Shown here in pieces: positions 47,661-58,005 of a stretch of DNA of 64,000 nucleotides (positions within the stretch are counted from its first letter, which is position 1; every line of letters starts with the position of its first letter). The DNA comes from Sulfurimonadaceae bacterium. Lineage in GTDB: Bacteria > Campylobacterota > Campylobacteria > Campylobacterales > Sulfurimonadaceae. A model generated the notes under the pieces. That model saw only the letters and a list, made by a program, of their open reading frames with translations. It was not told the origin of the DNA and did not search any database. A program made the translations under genes and the position numbers. The stretch covers positions 1 through 64,000 of the forward strand of contig JBFFUI010000007.1 in assembly GCA_041571435.1 (NCBI GenBank). The letters are read 5' to 3'.

Positions 47661-48686
47661 ATGCAGTTTAATGAGAAGGGCAACACCGATTTCCTGTTTG
47701 GGATAACACTCACTGAACTCATTTTAATGCTCTTTTTTCTGCTGCTGCTCGTCTCCGCGTTTATGAGTGCTGAAAAGTCAAGTATTATCACCAAGGTCGA
47801 ACAGGAGAACGAACGCATCGTTAAAGAGAACCTGGACCTTCAGTTAAAAAACAAAGTGAGCCGAACGCTCTCAGAAGAGATGATCGGTGCACTGCTGCGT
47901 TTCAGACTTGGCGAGGACAAGAATCAGGAAAAAGCAAAGCAGATCTTCAAAGAGTTGAGTAACCAGACAAAACTGATCGCTGAAAATGAGAAGTTAAAGA
48001 GCCAGGTCGAAGCGTATGAGGTCAATGAAAAGTTGCTGAAAATGGATGAAGAGTTCAAGGTTCAGCTCTCCCGAAAAGAGTCGATACTGAATCTGCTTAA
48101 AGATATCAACTCGACAGAGCAGCTTCAGGCGATATTTGATGATCTGGAGACACTTGAAAGGCTTAATGCTAAGCTTGAGAAAGAAGAGAAAAGATTGCGC
48201 AGAGAAAACGAAATGCTGGAAAAATCGTTGAAAGAGTTCTCTTCATTGACAAAAGAGCAGCTTCTGTACGCCCAGGAGATTCTGAAAGGGCAGGTCAGTT
48301 ACCTGACGCGCAGGCTCAACATGGGCGGTGGCAATGAACTTCCGCCATGCTGGGCCAACAGAAAAACCGGCAAAGCGGAATATATCTTTACGGTCATCCT
48401 GGGCGAAGATGCTCTGCGTGTTGCGCCGAGATGGCCAAAATATCGTGAAAAAGAGTTGAAAAAGTACGGTTCACTGGAACCGCTCTTTTACCGTGATCTC
48501 AATGTTACGGAGTTTTTAGAGCTTACGAAACCGATCTATAAGGATGCCGATAAAAAAGAGTGTAAACATTATCTCTATATGTTTGATGATGCGTTGACCA
48601 AAGACGGCTACAAGACCAAACGTCTGACTATCGAAAATTATTTTTACAAATATGAGGACGCGTCAAAGGTCTACGAACGTTTTTAA
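47661..48686 (+). CDS. MotB/ExbD/ZorB-like single-TM protein with coiled coil and unknown C-terminal domain (operon gene 4)
   Basis: FGITLTELILMLFFLLLL, with an acidic residue at the TM start; coiled coil; C-terminal LPPCW...EYIF...CKHY domain. Confidence 0.65.
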   Translation: MQFNEKGNTDFLFGITLTELILMLFFLLLLVSAFMSAEKSSIITKVEQENERIVKENLDLQLKNKVSRTLSEEMIGALLRFRLGEDKNQEKAKQIFKELSNQTKLIAENEKLKSQVEAYEVNEKLLKMDEEFKVQLSRKESILNLLKDINSTEQLQAIFDDLETLERLNAKLEKEEKRLRRENEMLEKSLKEFSSLTKEQLLYAQEILKGQVSYLTRRLNMGGGNELPPCWANRKTGKAEYIFTVILGEDALRVAPRWPKYREKELKKYGSLEPLFYRDLNVTEFLELTKPIYKDADKKECKHYLYMFDDALTKDGYKTKRLTIENYFYKYEDASKVYERF

Positions 48687-48703
48687 GCGTTTATCACGAG
48701 ATC

Positions 48704-49201
48704 TCAGCACTTATTTTTGATATAGGCCAAGCAGGCTTCGGGTGTGTCGGCCACAACCACGTCCAGCAGCATCAGGTTATGTGACTGCGCAAAATCCTCG
48801 ATGATTTTGCCGTCTTTGCAGAGTGTCGCATCGTCAGCGAGATGCTGGCCCTCACGGACACGTTCGATCATCGCACGGCGGTCTAACGCATACCCGTAGA
48901 CCTTTTTGCCCAGGGCAGCCGCATAACCGACCTCATACACCGTACCGGAATCGGGCTCCAAGCCGCGAAAAGGGTTCAGGTTGGCCATGATAATGTCGCA
49001 GCTCTGAAGAAGCTCTATATTGGCTTCTCTGATCGTTTTAGCAACCTCATGAGGTGTGCCGTCACAAACGATCTCATTGTCAAGCGGAAATACCCCCTTA
49101 TAACCGTATTGAATACAGAGCGTCTTGAGTGCCTCTCCCTGCTCGAGAGCATTGGTCTCAAATACGTCGGGACCGGCGAGATAGATCTTTAACAACTTCA
49201 T
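48704..49201 (-). CDS. Nucleoside 2-deoxyribosyltransferase family protein
   Basis: KIYLAGPDVF, FPLDN, DSGTVYEVGYA. Confidence 0.9.
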   Translation of the reverse strand: MKLLKIYLAGPDVFETNALEQGEALKTLCIQYGYKGVFPLDNEIVCDGTPHEVAKTIREANIELLQSCDIIMANLNPFRGLEPDSGTVYEVGYAAALGKKVYGYALDRRAMIERVREGQHLADDATLCKDGKIIEDFAQSHNLMLLDVVVADTPEACLAYIKNKC

Positions 49202-49222
49202 CCTTTGTTGTCTACCTTGTAA

Positions 49223-51121
49223 TCAATAATCCAAAAATGTCTGGAGAAGATGTTCTAGGTAGAGGTGGCCTTGCAGCAGTAGCGCCTCACTGTTGTTTCC
49301 ATCTTGACGGTGAACGCGTTTGTCAACGATACTGTACGAGAGATACCCCTCGGGTGTTATCATACCGTAGCCGTTGTCGGCGACAAAGTAGGCACTCGGT
49401 GAGTAGTCCGGACAGAAAACATCTTTACTGAATGTGTATCGCTGGTGATCGATGTCGAGTTGGGAGAGGAGTGTCGCTGCAATATCGTGTTGTGAGATAA
49501 TGGTATCGATCTCCTGGCCTCTATACTCCTTTTTGATCACATCCCCGTAAAAGAGTATAGGGATATGGTGCCATCTCGGGTCATTGCGGTTCCATCCCAG
49601 AGGCGTATGATGCGAATGGTCTGCCGTAAAGATAAAGAGGGTGTTTTCAAACCACGGCTCTTTTTTGGCACTGGCGATAAACTCCCCGATGGAACGGTCT
49701 GTGTAGTAGACGGAGTTGAGAAAATCGTTGTCGATACCGGCCCAGGTGATGACATCTTCCATCGGCTGATCATATGGCGAGTGCGATGAGAGCGTGAAAA
49801 GCGATGCAAAAAACGGTGTTTGCAGTGCATTCATCTTTTTGTTCATGTATTGCAGCATATAGCCGTCATGGAGACCGAGTCTGCCCTCTGCTTTTTCGTC
49901 GGTAATGGAGGTGATATCCTTATACTCTTCAATGATATCGAAGTTATTGTTGTAGATATAAGAGGTCAAGTTCCCGTAACGCAGCTGTCCGCCATAGAGA
50001 AACATCGTGTTTTTGTAGCCGTTTGAGGCCAGACTCTTTGTGATAGAAGGCAGTTTATTGCTTTTGGTCGAGATCTGCGAAACATTGACATTGAAGAGGT
50101 CCGGCCATCCCGAGAGCACTGAAGGGATGCCTTCGTGCGATAGTGCACCGCTGCCATAGGCATTTATGAACAGTATACCCTCTTTTGCGAGCCCCATAAA
50201 GTTGGGAATGACATCCCGATAGCGTTGATCCTTGTCAACAAAGTCGCCGGCCCAGCTCTCTAAAATGATCAGGACGACGTTAGGCCGCTCCATCGAAACG
50301 ATCTGTGTTCTGTTGCAGTCAGGGGCTGTTTTTACGAGAGGTGCCAGGATCTTCGCTTTTTTTTCGGGATCGATGTCCGAGATGTAGGGGTTTTTGCCAC
50401 TCATGATCTCTTTGGCTTTGAGCGAGGTGTTGAGCAGGTTGTAGGGTGTGTTGATCGCCGCATCATTGTAGATCTTCTGCTTTGAAAAGTAGACGTCGCT
50501 TTGTGAGATCACCGCCGAACTTGTCCCGCCTCTTGCACCCATCAGTACGATCCCCGGCATCAACAAAAAGTAGACCAGGGTCACGAGGTAATTTTTAGGT
50601 GTTTTAAGCATGTTGTTTTGAAAGACTCTTCTTGTCAATTTGTAAAAGAGCGTCATCAATACGATCGTGAGCAGTGTCAGGATGATAGTATAGATCCATG
50701 GATTAGAGTTCAAGATCTCATCCGGATGTTTGAGGTACATAAAGACCTCAAAGTTCGGCTTCTCTTCCCACTCGTTGTAGACACCCAGTTCCGTAATGTA
50801 TGAAATACTCGAAAGGAAGATGATGACGAGGACATAGATAAACAAAAGGGTCTTAAAGAGCTGAAAGCGTACCAGAGAGTAGAGCAGTATGAGCAACCAG
50901 GGAATCACGATAAAGTAGGATGCCATAGAGATGTCCAGAGAGAGGGAGTGCCAATAAGTGCCGATGATCTCTGAAAAGATATTTACAGTCGAGCCGATCT
51001 TGTCGTAGTAATAGATGAAAAAAATGGTGCGGTGTATCTCAAACAGTAAAATAAAAAGTAAAAAGATCTGGCCTAAAAACAAAAACGTATTTTTGAATTC
51101 AGATGTGATGCTTTGTTTCAA
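49223..51121 (-). CDS. LTA synthase family (sulfatase-like) membrane protein
   Basis: 5 TM, RGG, NVVLIILES, TLSSHSPY, ADH; probable TTG start after AAGGA. Confidence 0.85.
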   Translation of the reverse strand: MKQSITSEFKNTFLFLGQIFLLFILLFEIHRTIFFIYYYDKIGSTVNIFSEIIGTYWHSLSLDISMASYFIVIPWLLILLYSLVRFQLFKTLLFIYVLVIIFLSSISYITELGVYNEWEEKPNFEVFMYLKHPDEILNSNPWIYTIILTLLTIVLMTLFYKLTRRVFQNNMLKTPKNYLVTLVYFLLMPGIVLMGARGGTSSAVISQSDVYFSKQKIYNDAAINTPYNLLNTSLKAKEIMSGKNPYISDIDPEKKAKILAPLVKTAPDCNRTQIVSMERPNVVLIILESWAGDFVDKDQRYRDVIPNFMGLAKEGILFINAYGSGALSHEGIPSVLSGWPDLFNVNVSQISTKSNKLPSITKSLASNGYKNTMFLYGGQLRYGNLTSYIYNNNFDIIEEYKDITSITDEKAEGRLGLHDGYMLQYMNKKMNALQTPFFASLFTLSSHSPYDQPMEDVITWAGIDNDFLNSVYYTDRSIGEFIASAKKEPWFENTLFIFTADHSHHTPLGWNRNDPRWHHIPILFYGDVIKKEYRGQEIDTIISQHDIAATLLSQLDIDHQRYTFSKDVFCPDYSPSAYFVADNGYGMITPEGYLSYSIVDKRVHRQDGNNSEALLLQGHLYLEHLLQTFLDY

Positions 51122-51384
51122 TAAAAATCCTTTGATAATCAAGCAACTATATAGTGTATGTCCCTGAATATGAATGTCACATTGAAATAGTAATAAAATA
51201 GACAATTTCAGAGTCTGTGCATTTAAAAATAGAAAGGTATCTTACACTAATAAGCGTATATTGTTAATAAAGGACTTTTGGGAGAGAGGGTATTAAATTT
51301 AATTTAAAAAAGGGTCTGCGCATCGGTAATGATGGCGCTAACAGAGTTCCACCAGCGACCGGGCCGTATTTGACGATCGATTAT

Positions 51385-52002
51385 TCATATGCCCTCAAGC
51401 AGAACAAGCCATAGCCTGTCGACCTCTTTGTCACTGAGAAAGAGGCTGGAGTGGTTATCGAAGAGTTCCAGCAGGCCCTCTTGTTTGATGCTGAGTGTAT
51501 GCGCGCAGTTTGGATGCGCCGGCAGATAGGAACGTATGACCGAGACCTCCTTGGTGATGACCTGATCGCAGAAAAAGCAGGCGAGCTCCTTGTGCAGCCG
51601 TCCTTCGTGTTCCAACAGTTTGACATAGGATTCGATCGCAACGCGTTTAGGGTTCTGTTTGGCCCAGGACGCTGCAGCCTTGTCCAGAAGTTCAAAATAG
51701 AAACTTCCTGTATCTTCCGACTCTTTGAGATGGGCGTAGAAGAGGGCGACGAACTGCTGCCATGTGCGCAACTTATGGTGGTCTGTGAGCCATGGATAAC
51801 CGATATGAAGGACATCGCGCAGTTGGCCGATTGTGCTTTTGACGTTGGTGATGATCTCGAAATCGATTTTGAAACCGAGATTGATCACACTGTGCCTTGC
51901 ACCGTAAAAACGATAAAGTGTCTCTAAGCCTGCATCCGATAAAATTGTCACTACAAGATCTTCGTCTCTGGCGCGATTAAGACTGATAATAAAGCCTTGC
52001 AT
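51385..52002 (-). CDS. recO: Recombination protein RecO (Campylobacterota type)
   Basis: MQGFII...DEDL.V...YRFYGARHS...QNPKR...EGRLH..CFFC. Confidence 0.88.
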   Translation of the reverse strand: MQGFIISLNRARDEDLVVTILSDAGLETLYRFYGARHSVINLGFKIDFEIITNVKSTIGQLRDVLHIGYPWLTDHHKLRTWQQFVALFYAHLKESEDTGSFYFELLDKAAASWAKQNPKRVAIESYVKLLEHEGRLHKELACFFCDQVITKEVSVIRSYLPAHPNCAHTLSIKQEGLLELFDNHSSLFLSDKEVDRLWLVLLEGI

Positions 52003-52182
52003 CCCTGTTTCTTACCTACACAATCATAAATTTATTTTTTTGTTATTATAGCTCTTAAATGGAAGTTTAACCTGACAGCCAGTATACTATTAGCAATTTT
52101 AGAGTTTCTAAATATATATAAGTAGCTTAAAAATTGCTTAAAATTATGGAATTCGTAAAAATTTCTTATTAAGGAATCTTAT

Positions 52183-55100
52183 ATGATGGAACATCACGAT
52201 CTATTACGATCATTTAAAGATAATTGTGGTTTTGGACTTGTTGCAAACATTAAAAACCGCGCGTCGCATAAAACACTTGAAGACGCAATTACAGCGCTTG
52301 AGCGCATGATGCACCGTGGGGCAGTTGCTGCCGACGGTAAAACAGGTGATGGTAGTGGTCTTCTGCTCTCAATGCCGACAGCGTTTATGCGTCACGTCAC
52401 AAAAGAGGCCGGCGTCGAGCTTCCAGAGCAGTTTGCGGTTGCAACGGTCTTTACTAAAGATAAAAAACAGCTGGATGTGTTGGAAGAGGTCTGTTTAGCT
52501 AATGACCTTAAGGTCGTTTATCGCCGTGATGTTCCGGTAGACACCAATGCCTTGGGTGACCAGGCGATGGCTTCACTGCCAAATATTGTACAGGTTTTTA
52601 TAACGGCTAACTCGATTATGGCGAACCAGCGTTTTGATGCATTGCTGTACCTTTCGCGTAAAGAGACGGAGCACAAACTGGTCGAATTCAGAGATTTCTA
52701 CATTGCTTCTATGTCATCGCGTGTCATTTCGTACAAGGGACTTGTGATGCCGACGCATATCAAAGAGTTCTATAAAGATTTCCAGGATGACCGCTTCCAG
52801 ATCTCTTTTTCTCTGTTCCATCAGCGTTTTTCCACAAACACACTTCCTGAGTGGCGTTTGGCACAGCCGTTTAGAGCGGTTGCGCACAATGGTGAGATCA
52901 ACTCGGTCGAAGCAAACCGTTTCAATGTTGAAGTCAAATCAGAATCGATCAAAAGTGAGGTCTTTACGGATGAAGAGATCGCACGTCTTTTGCCGATCCT
53001 TCAGCCGGGCTCTTCTGACAGTGCCTCGGGCGACAACTTTTTCGAGTTTCTGATCGCCAACGGTATGGACTTCTTTAAAGCGGCGCGCGCCGTCATCCCG
53101 GCACCGTGGCAAAATGCACCGCATATGGACCCGGAACTCCGTGCTTTCTATGAATACCAGTCAACGGTATTTGAAGCATGGGACGGCCCGGCAGCCTTCT
53201 CGTTGACAGATGGCCGCTACATCGGTTGTGTTCTTGACCGTAACGGACTTCGACCTTCGAAATATATCATCACGCACGACGACACCCTTCTGATCGCTTC
53301 CGAGTACGGCGTTGTCGATATTGCGGATGATCAGATCAAAGAGCGTGGTCGTCTTCAGTCCGGTCAAATGATCGGTCTTGACCTTAAGTTCGGCAAGGTC
53401 CTTAAAGATGATGAGATCAACAACTACCTCAAATCATCGAACCCGTATATGAAGTGGCTTAATGAGCGTATGGTCTATCTTCAAGAGCATGTTGATGACC
53501 AGTATCTGACAAACTGTGAGATCGAAGAGGACCTTACACACCGTCAACGCTATTTCAATGTCACACATGAGGTCATTGAGCAGGTCATTGAACCGATGAT
53601 TGCTGACGGTAAAGAGTCTGTCGGCTCTATGGGCGACGACACGCCGCTTGCCGCGTTTAGTACGAAACAGCGCCACTTCTCAGATTTTTTCAAACAGAAG
53701 TTTGCACAGGTGACCAACCCGCCGATCGATCCGATCCGTGAAAAAGTGGTGATGAGTCTCAATACCGGTTTCGGTGAGATCCATAACATTCTCGACGAGA
53801 TCCCTTCACATGCACACCGCCTTAAAGCGATCTCCCCGATTATCACATATGAGAAACTTGAGGTGCTTAAGTCATACGGTGATGCCAACTCACCGCGCTA
53901 TGAAGAATTTTACAAAAATGAAATATTCTCGACCACCTATAAGGCTGATTTGAAACAATCGCTGGATGCCTTGGTTGACAAGATCGTTGCGGCTGTCAAA
54001 GAAGACGGTGTTCGCATTGTCATCTTGAGCGACAATGAATTTTCAAAAGAGATGCGTACGATGCCGATGTTGCTTGTTGTCGGTCGATTGAGCCGTGAAC
54101 TGCTAAGCCAAAAAGTTCGTCACCTTGTTTCGATCATCGCTGATACCAGTGAAGTCATCGATTCGCATGGTGCGGCTACGCTGCTCGGTTATGGTGCAAG
54201 TGCTGTGTTCCCTAGACTGCTTTTCGCATCGACAGTCAACCGTGTGAATCAGTCGAAACAGCTGGATATCAGCTGTTCCGAAGCGCTTAAAAATGTCCAT
54301 ACCTCGCTTAATGCCGGTCTGCTTAAAATCATGTCAAAGATGGGTATCGCAACGATCGCCTCATATCGCAACTCAGGCCTATTTGATGTGATGGGTCTAA
54401 GCCGTGAAGTCGTCGCGGACTGTTTCAGTGATTCACATGCACTCATCCCGGGTATCGGTTATGAAGATATTGATGCGCGTCTTGAAAGCGCCCATAAAGC
54501 GGCATTTGACGACCGTGGTTTCAGTACGATCTTCCCGCTCAACATCGGTGGTTTCTACAAGTTCTACAACGATCAGGAATATCATGACTTCGGTCCGGAT
54601 ACGATCCATGCGATTCATGCGGTTAGCAAGTCGGGCGATGAAAAAGATTACATCAAACTGCGTGAGATCATCAATAAACGCGGTCTTCGTTTTGTCCGCG
54701 ACTTCCTTGAATTCAAGTCGGATCGCAAAGCGATCGACATCTCCGAGGTCGAGCCTAAAGAGGCGATCTTCAAGCGTTTTGCATCGGCTGCGATGAGCCT
54801 CGGTTCCATCTCTCCGGAAGCGCACGAAGCGATCGCGGTTGCAATGAACACGATCGGCGGTATGTCCAACTCGGGTGAGGGTGGTGAAGACGTTGCCCGT
54901 TTCAACACGAACAAACTCTCAAAGATCAAACAGGTCGCTTCGGGGCGTTTCGGTGTCACACCGGCCTACCTTCGTTCAGCAGAGGAGATCCAGATCAAAG
55001 TTGCACAAGGGGCTAAACCAGGTGAGGGCGGACAGCTTCCGGGTCACAAAGTAACCGGACTTATCGCGCGACTTCGACATACCGTTCCGGGTGTGACGCT

Positions 55101-56619
55101 GATCTCGCCGCCACCACATCATGATATTTACTCTATCGAAGATCTTGCACAGCTGATCTTTGACCTTAAGCAGGTCAACCCTAAGGCAAAGATTGCCGTT
55201 AAACTTGTGTCGACTGCAGGTGTCGGTACGATCGCGGCCGGTGTCGCAAAAGCCTATGCTGACAAGATCATCATCTCCGGTGGTGACGGTGGTACAGGTG
55301 CTGCACCTCTGACATCGATCAAATTTGCGGGTAACCCTTGGGAACTCGGTCTGACGGAAGCACACAATGCCCTTAAAGCCAACAACCTTCGCGGACTTGT
55401 TGAAGTCCAGACGGACGGCGGTCTAAAGTCGGGTCTTGATGTTGTCAAAGCAGCCCTTCTGGGTGCCGAGTCCTATGCATTCGGTACCGGTGTACTGAGT
55501 ATTGTCGGATGTAAAATGCTTCGTATCTGTCATTTGAATAAATGTTCGGTGGGTATTGCGACACAGAATGAAAGATTGCGTAAAGAGCACTTTACCGGCA
55601 ACGTCGAGCAGATCATCAACTACTTTACGTTCTTGGCCGAAGATGTCCGCTCTATCATGGCTGAACTTGGATTCAAGACGATGGAAGAGATGATCGGACG
55701 CTCTGATGTGCTTAAAGTCGTAGACGATGCATTTGCACAGAAGTTTGATTTCTCTGCCGTGCTTCATCAGGAAGATGGTGTCAACACCTGTCAAACACCG
55801 TTTAATGAACCGTTCGACGACAATGCTTTTGAGGTCGATGTCCTCGAAGAGGTCCGATCTGCGATCAAACATCCTGATCAGCCGATACGTATCGACAGAA
55901 AGATCACAAACCTTCACCGAAGTTTCGGTGCACGTATCTCCGGTGAGATCGCACAGTATTATGGCGATGAAGGTCTCAAAGAGGACACGATCCGGATCAA
56001 CCTTTCCGGTATTGCCGGTCAGGCACTTGGTGCTTTCCTGATCGAGGGTGTCTCGCTTAACCTCTCAGGTGTCGCCAATGACTATATCGGTAAAGGTATG
56101 AGCGGCGGTAAGATCATTATCAACCCGAAACACCAGGGTGAAGAGTATTCTGCCGGCGGTAACACTTGTCTTTATGGTGCGACAGGCGGTAAACTCTTTG
56201 TCTCGGGTTCTGTAGGTGAACGTTTCGCTGTCCGTAACTCGGGTGCTTTGGCGATTGTTGAAGGTACAGGCGATAATGCATGTGAATACATGACAGGCGG
56301 TATTGTTGTTATTCTCGGCAAAACGGGGGGTAACTTCGGTGCCGGTATGACAGGCGGTGTCGCCTTTGTCTATGATGAGCAGCACGACTTTATCGAAAAT
56401 GTGAACCGTGAGCTGGTCGAGGCGATCCGTATCGATACGGATGACGGTGATGAAGCGCGTCATTACCTTAAACGTCTGATTAAAGAGTATGTCAGTGCGA
56501 CAAACAGCCCTAAGGCACAGGCGATCCTGGATGCCTTCAGAATCGAGATCAGAAACTTCTGGCTGGTTCGTCCTAAAAACCTAACAAAACTACCGTTAAA
56601 CCAAGAGAAAGGGGATTAA
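52183..56619 (+). CDS. gltB: Glutamate synthase large subunit
   Basis: CGFG, HQRFSTNT, HNGEIN, QGAKPGEGGQLPG, GXGXG repeats. Confidence 0.97.
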   Translation: MMEHHDLLRSFKDNCGFGLVANIKNRASHKTLEDAITALERMMHRGAVAADGKTGDGSGLLLSMPTAFMRHVTKEAGVELPEQFAVATVFTKDKKQLDVLEEVCLANDLKVVYRRDVPVDTNALGDQAMASLPNIVQVFITANSIMANQRFDALLYLSRKETEHKLVEFRDFYIASMSSRVISYKGLVMPTHIKEFYKDFQDDRFQISFSLFHQRFSTNTLPEWRLAQPFRAVAHNGEINSVEANRFNVEVKSESIKSEVFTDEEIARLLPILQPGSSDSASGDNFFEFLIANGMDFFKAARAVIPAPWQNAPHMDPELRAFYEYQSTVFEAWDGPAAFSLTDGRYIGCVLDRNGLRPSKYIITHDDTLLIASEYGVVDIADDQIKERGRLQSGQMIGLDLKFGKVLKDDEINNYLKSSNPYMKWLNERMVYLQEHVDDQYLTNCEIEEDLTHRQRYFNVTHEVIEQVIEPMIADGKESVGSMGDDTPLAAFSTKQRHFSDFFKQKFAQVTNPPIDPIREKVVMSLNTGFGEIHNILDEIPSHAHRLKAISPIITYEKLEVLKSYGDANSPRYEEFYKNEIFSTTYKADLKQSLDALVDKIVAAVKEDGVRIVILSDNEFSKEMRTMPMLLVVGRLSRELLSQKVRHLVSIIADTSEVIDSHGAATLLGYGASAVFPRLLFASTVNRVNQSKQLDISCSEALKNVHTSLNAGLLKIMSKMGIATIASYRNSGLFDVMGLSREVVADCFSDSHALIPGIGYEDIDARLESAHKAAFDDRGFSTIFPLNIGGFYKFYNDQEYHDFGPDTIHAIHAVSKSGDEKDYIKLREIINKRGLRFVRDFLEFKSDRKAIDISEVEPKEAIFKRFASAAMSLGSISPEAHEAIAVAMNTIGGMSNSGEGGEDVARFNTNKLSKIKQVASGRFGVTPAYLRSAEEIQIKVAQGAKPGEGGQLPGHKVTGLIARLRHTVPGVTLISPPPHHDIYSIEDLAQLIFDLKQVNPKAKIAVKLVSTAGVGTIAAGVAKAYADKIIISGGDGGTGAAPLTSIKFAGNPWELGLTEAHNALKANNLRGLVEVQTDGGLKSGLDVVKAALLGAESYAFGTGVLSIVGCKMLRICHLNKCSVGIATQNERLRKEHFTGNVEQIINYFTFLAEDVRSIMAELGFKTMEEMIGRSDVLKVVDDAFAQKFDFSAVLHQEDGVNTCQTPFNEPFDDNAFEVDVLEEVRSAIKHPDQPIRIDRKITNLHRSFGARISGEIAQYYGDEGLKEDTIRINLSGIAGQALGAFLIEGVSLNLSGVANDYIGKGMSGGKIIINPKHQGEEYSAGGNTCLYGATGGKLFVSGSVGERFAVRNSGALAIVEGTGDNACEYMTGGIVVILGKTGGNFGAGMTGGVAFVYDEQHDFIENVNRELVEAIRIDTDDGDEARHYLKRLIKEYVSATNSPKAQAILDAFRIEIRNFWLVRPKNLTKLPLNQEKGD

Positions 56620-56620
56620 G

Positions 56621-58003
56621 ATGAGAAATTTCCTAACAGTAAGCCGTATCGACCCGTCAAAACGTCTGGTCGTTGAACGTACCAAAGACTTCGGTGAGAT
56701 CTATGCGGTCTTCCGTAAAGAAGAGGCCTCTTCCCAAAGTGAGCGTTGTATTCAGTGTGGTGATCCATTCTGTCTCAACAAATGTCCGCTGCACAACTAT
56801 ATCCCTCAGTGGTTGAAATCGGTTGCCGAGAAGGATCTGGAGTTTGCGTTCAACCTCTCCAATGAACCTTCACCATTCCCTGAGGTTATGGGGCGCGTAT
56901 GCCCTCATGACCGACTATGTGAAGGCGATTGTACGCTCAATGACGGGCATGGTGCGATCACCATCGGCTCGATCGAGACCTTTATCAACGAAGAGGGTTT
57001 CAAAGCGGGTCTGAAACCCAAGTTCCCAGGTATAACCAGTGACAAGAAAGTCGCGATCATCGGTTCAGGTCCGGCCGGCCTTTCTGCAGCGACATACCTG
57101 CTTCGTGCCGGTATAGCCGTCACAGTCTATGAAAGAGGCGATCGGGCCGGCGGTCTGTTGACCTATGGAATCCCGAACTTTAAGCTGGACAAGAAGGTGA
57201 TCGAACGCCGTGTCAATATTTTGAAAGAAGCCGGTATGGAACTGGTGCTTGAGTGCGAAGTGGGTAAAGATATCACTTTTGATGAGATAGCAGATAAACA
57301 TGATGCTATCTTCTTGGGCCTTGGTGCGACAAAAGCCAAAGGGGCTAGACTTGCGGGTGAAAAAGCGGACAACGTCTATATGTCAATGCAGTATCTGACA
57401 GCGATCCAGCGCAAGAACTTCGGTCTTAAGCATGATAAACAGTTTGACTTCAAAGATCAGGATGTTGTTGTTATCGGTGGTGGTGATACGGCGATGGACT
57501 GTGTTCGTACGGCCAAACGTGAGGGTGCCAAGTCTGTGACCTGTCTCTACCGACGTGATGCACACAATATGCCGGGTTCTCAAAAAGAGTATAAAAATGC
57601 TGTGGAAGAGGGTGTTGACTTTACCTTCTATGCTGCACCTAAAGAGATCGTACTGGGTGAGGACGGCAGAGCTGTCAGTGTCAAGATGATCAAGACGGTA
57701 CTCGGTGCCAAAGATGAGAGCGGTCGTCAACGTATGGAAGAGGTCAATGGCAGTGAATTCAATGTCAAAGCGGATGTCATCGTTATGGCGCTCGGTTTTG
57801 ATCCTGAAGTCCCTTCATTTCTTGCTGAAAACGGTATCGAGACCAATGCATGGGGCGGTATCATGATCAACGAAAACTACGAGACGACTACGGCTGGTGT
57901 TTATGCCGGCGGTGACTGTTACCGTGGTGCGGACCTTGTTGTCACAGCGGCACTTGATGGCCGTGAAGCAGCCCGTAAAATGATCGACTCCCTGCTTAAA
58001 TAG
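56621..58003 (+). CDS. gltD: Glutamate synthase small subunit
   Basis: RCIQCGDPFC, GRVCP, GSGPAGL, GGGDTAMD. Confidence 0.96.
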   Translation: MRNFLTVSRIDPSKRLVVERTKDFGEIYAVFRKEEASSQSERCIQCGDPFCLNKCPLHNYIPQWLKSVAEKDLEFAFNLSNEPSPFPEVMGRVCPHDRLCEGDCTLNDGHGAITIGSIETFINEEGFKAGLKPKFPGITSDKKVAIIGSGPAGLSAATYLLRAGIAVTVYERGDRAGGLLTYGIPNFKLDKKVIERRVNILKEAGMELVLECEVGKDITFDEIADKHDAIFLGLGATKAKGARLAGEKADNVYMSMQYLTAIQRKNFGLKHDKQFDFKDQDVVVIGGGDTAMDCVRTAKREGAKSVTCLYRRDAHNMPGSQKEYKNAVEEGVDFTFYAAPKEIVLGEDGRAVSVKMIKTVLGAKDESGRQRMEEVNGSEFNVKADVIVMALGFDPEVPSFLAENGIETNAWGGIMINENYETTTAGVYAGGDCYRGADLVVTAALDGREAARKMIDSLLK

Positions 58004-58005
58004 GG

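Noticed and set aside
48704-49201. Nucleoside deoxyribosyltransferase as an effector of the motor-like operon
   Set aside because: Convergent orientation and an ordinary stand-alone family member; no evidence of linkage
52125-52145. GCTTAAAA direct repeat with 11-bp period upstream of gltB
   Set aside because: Could be an OmpR-family site, but too short in AT-rich DNA to support
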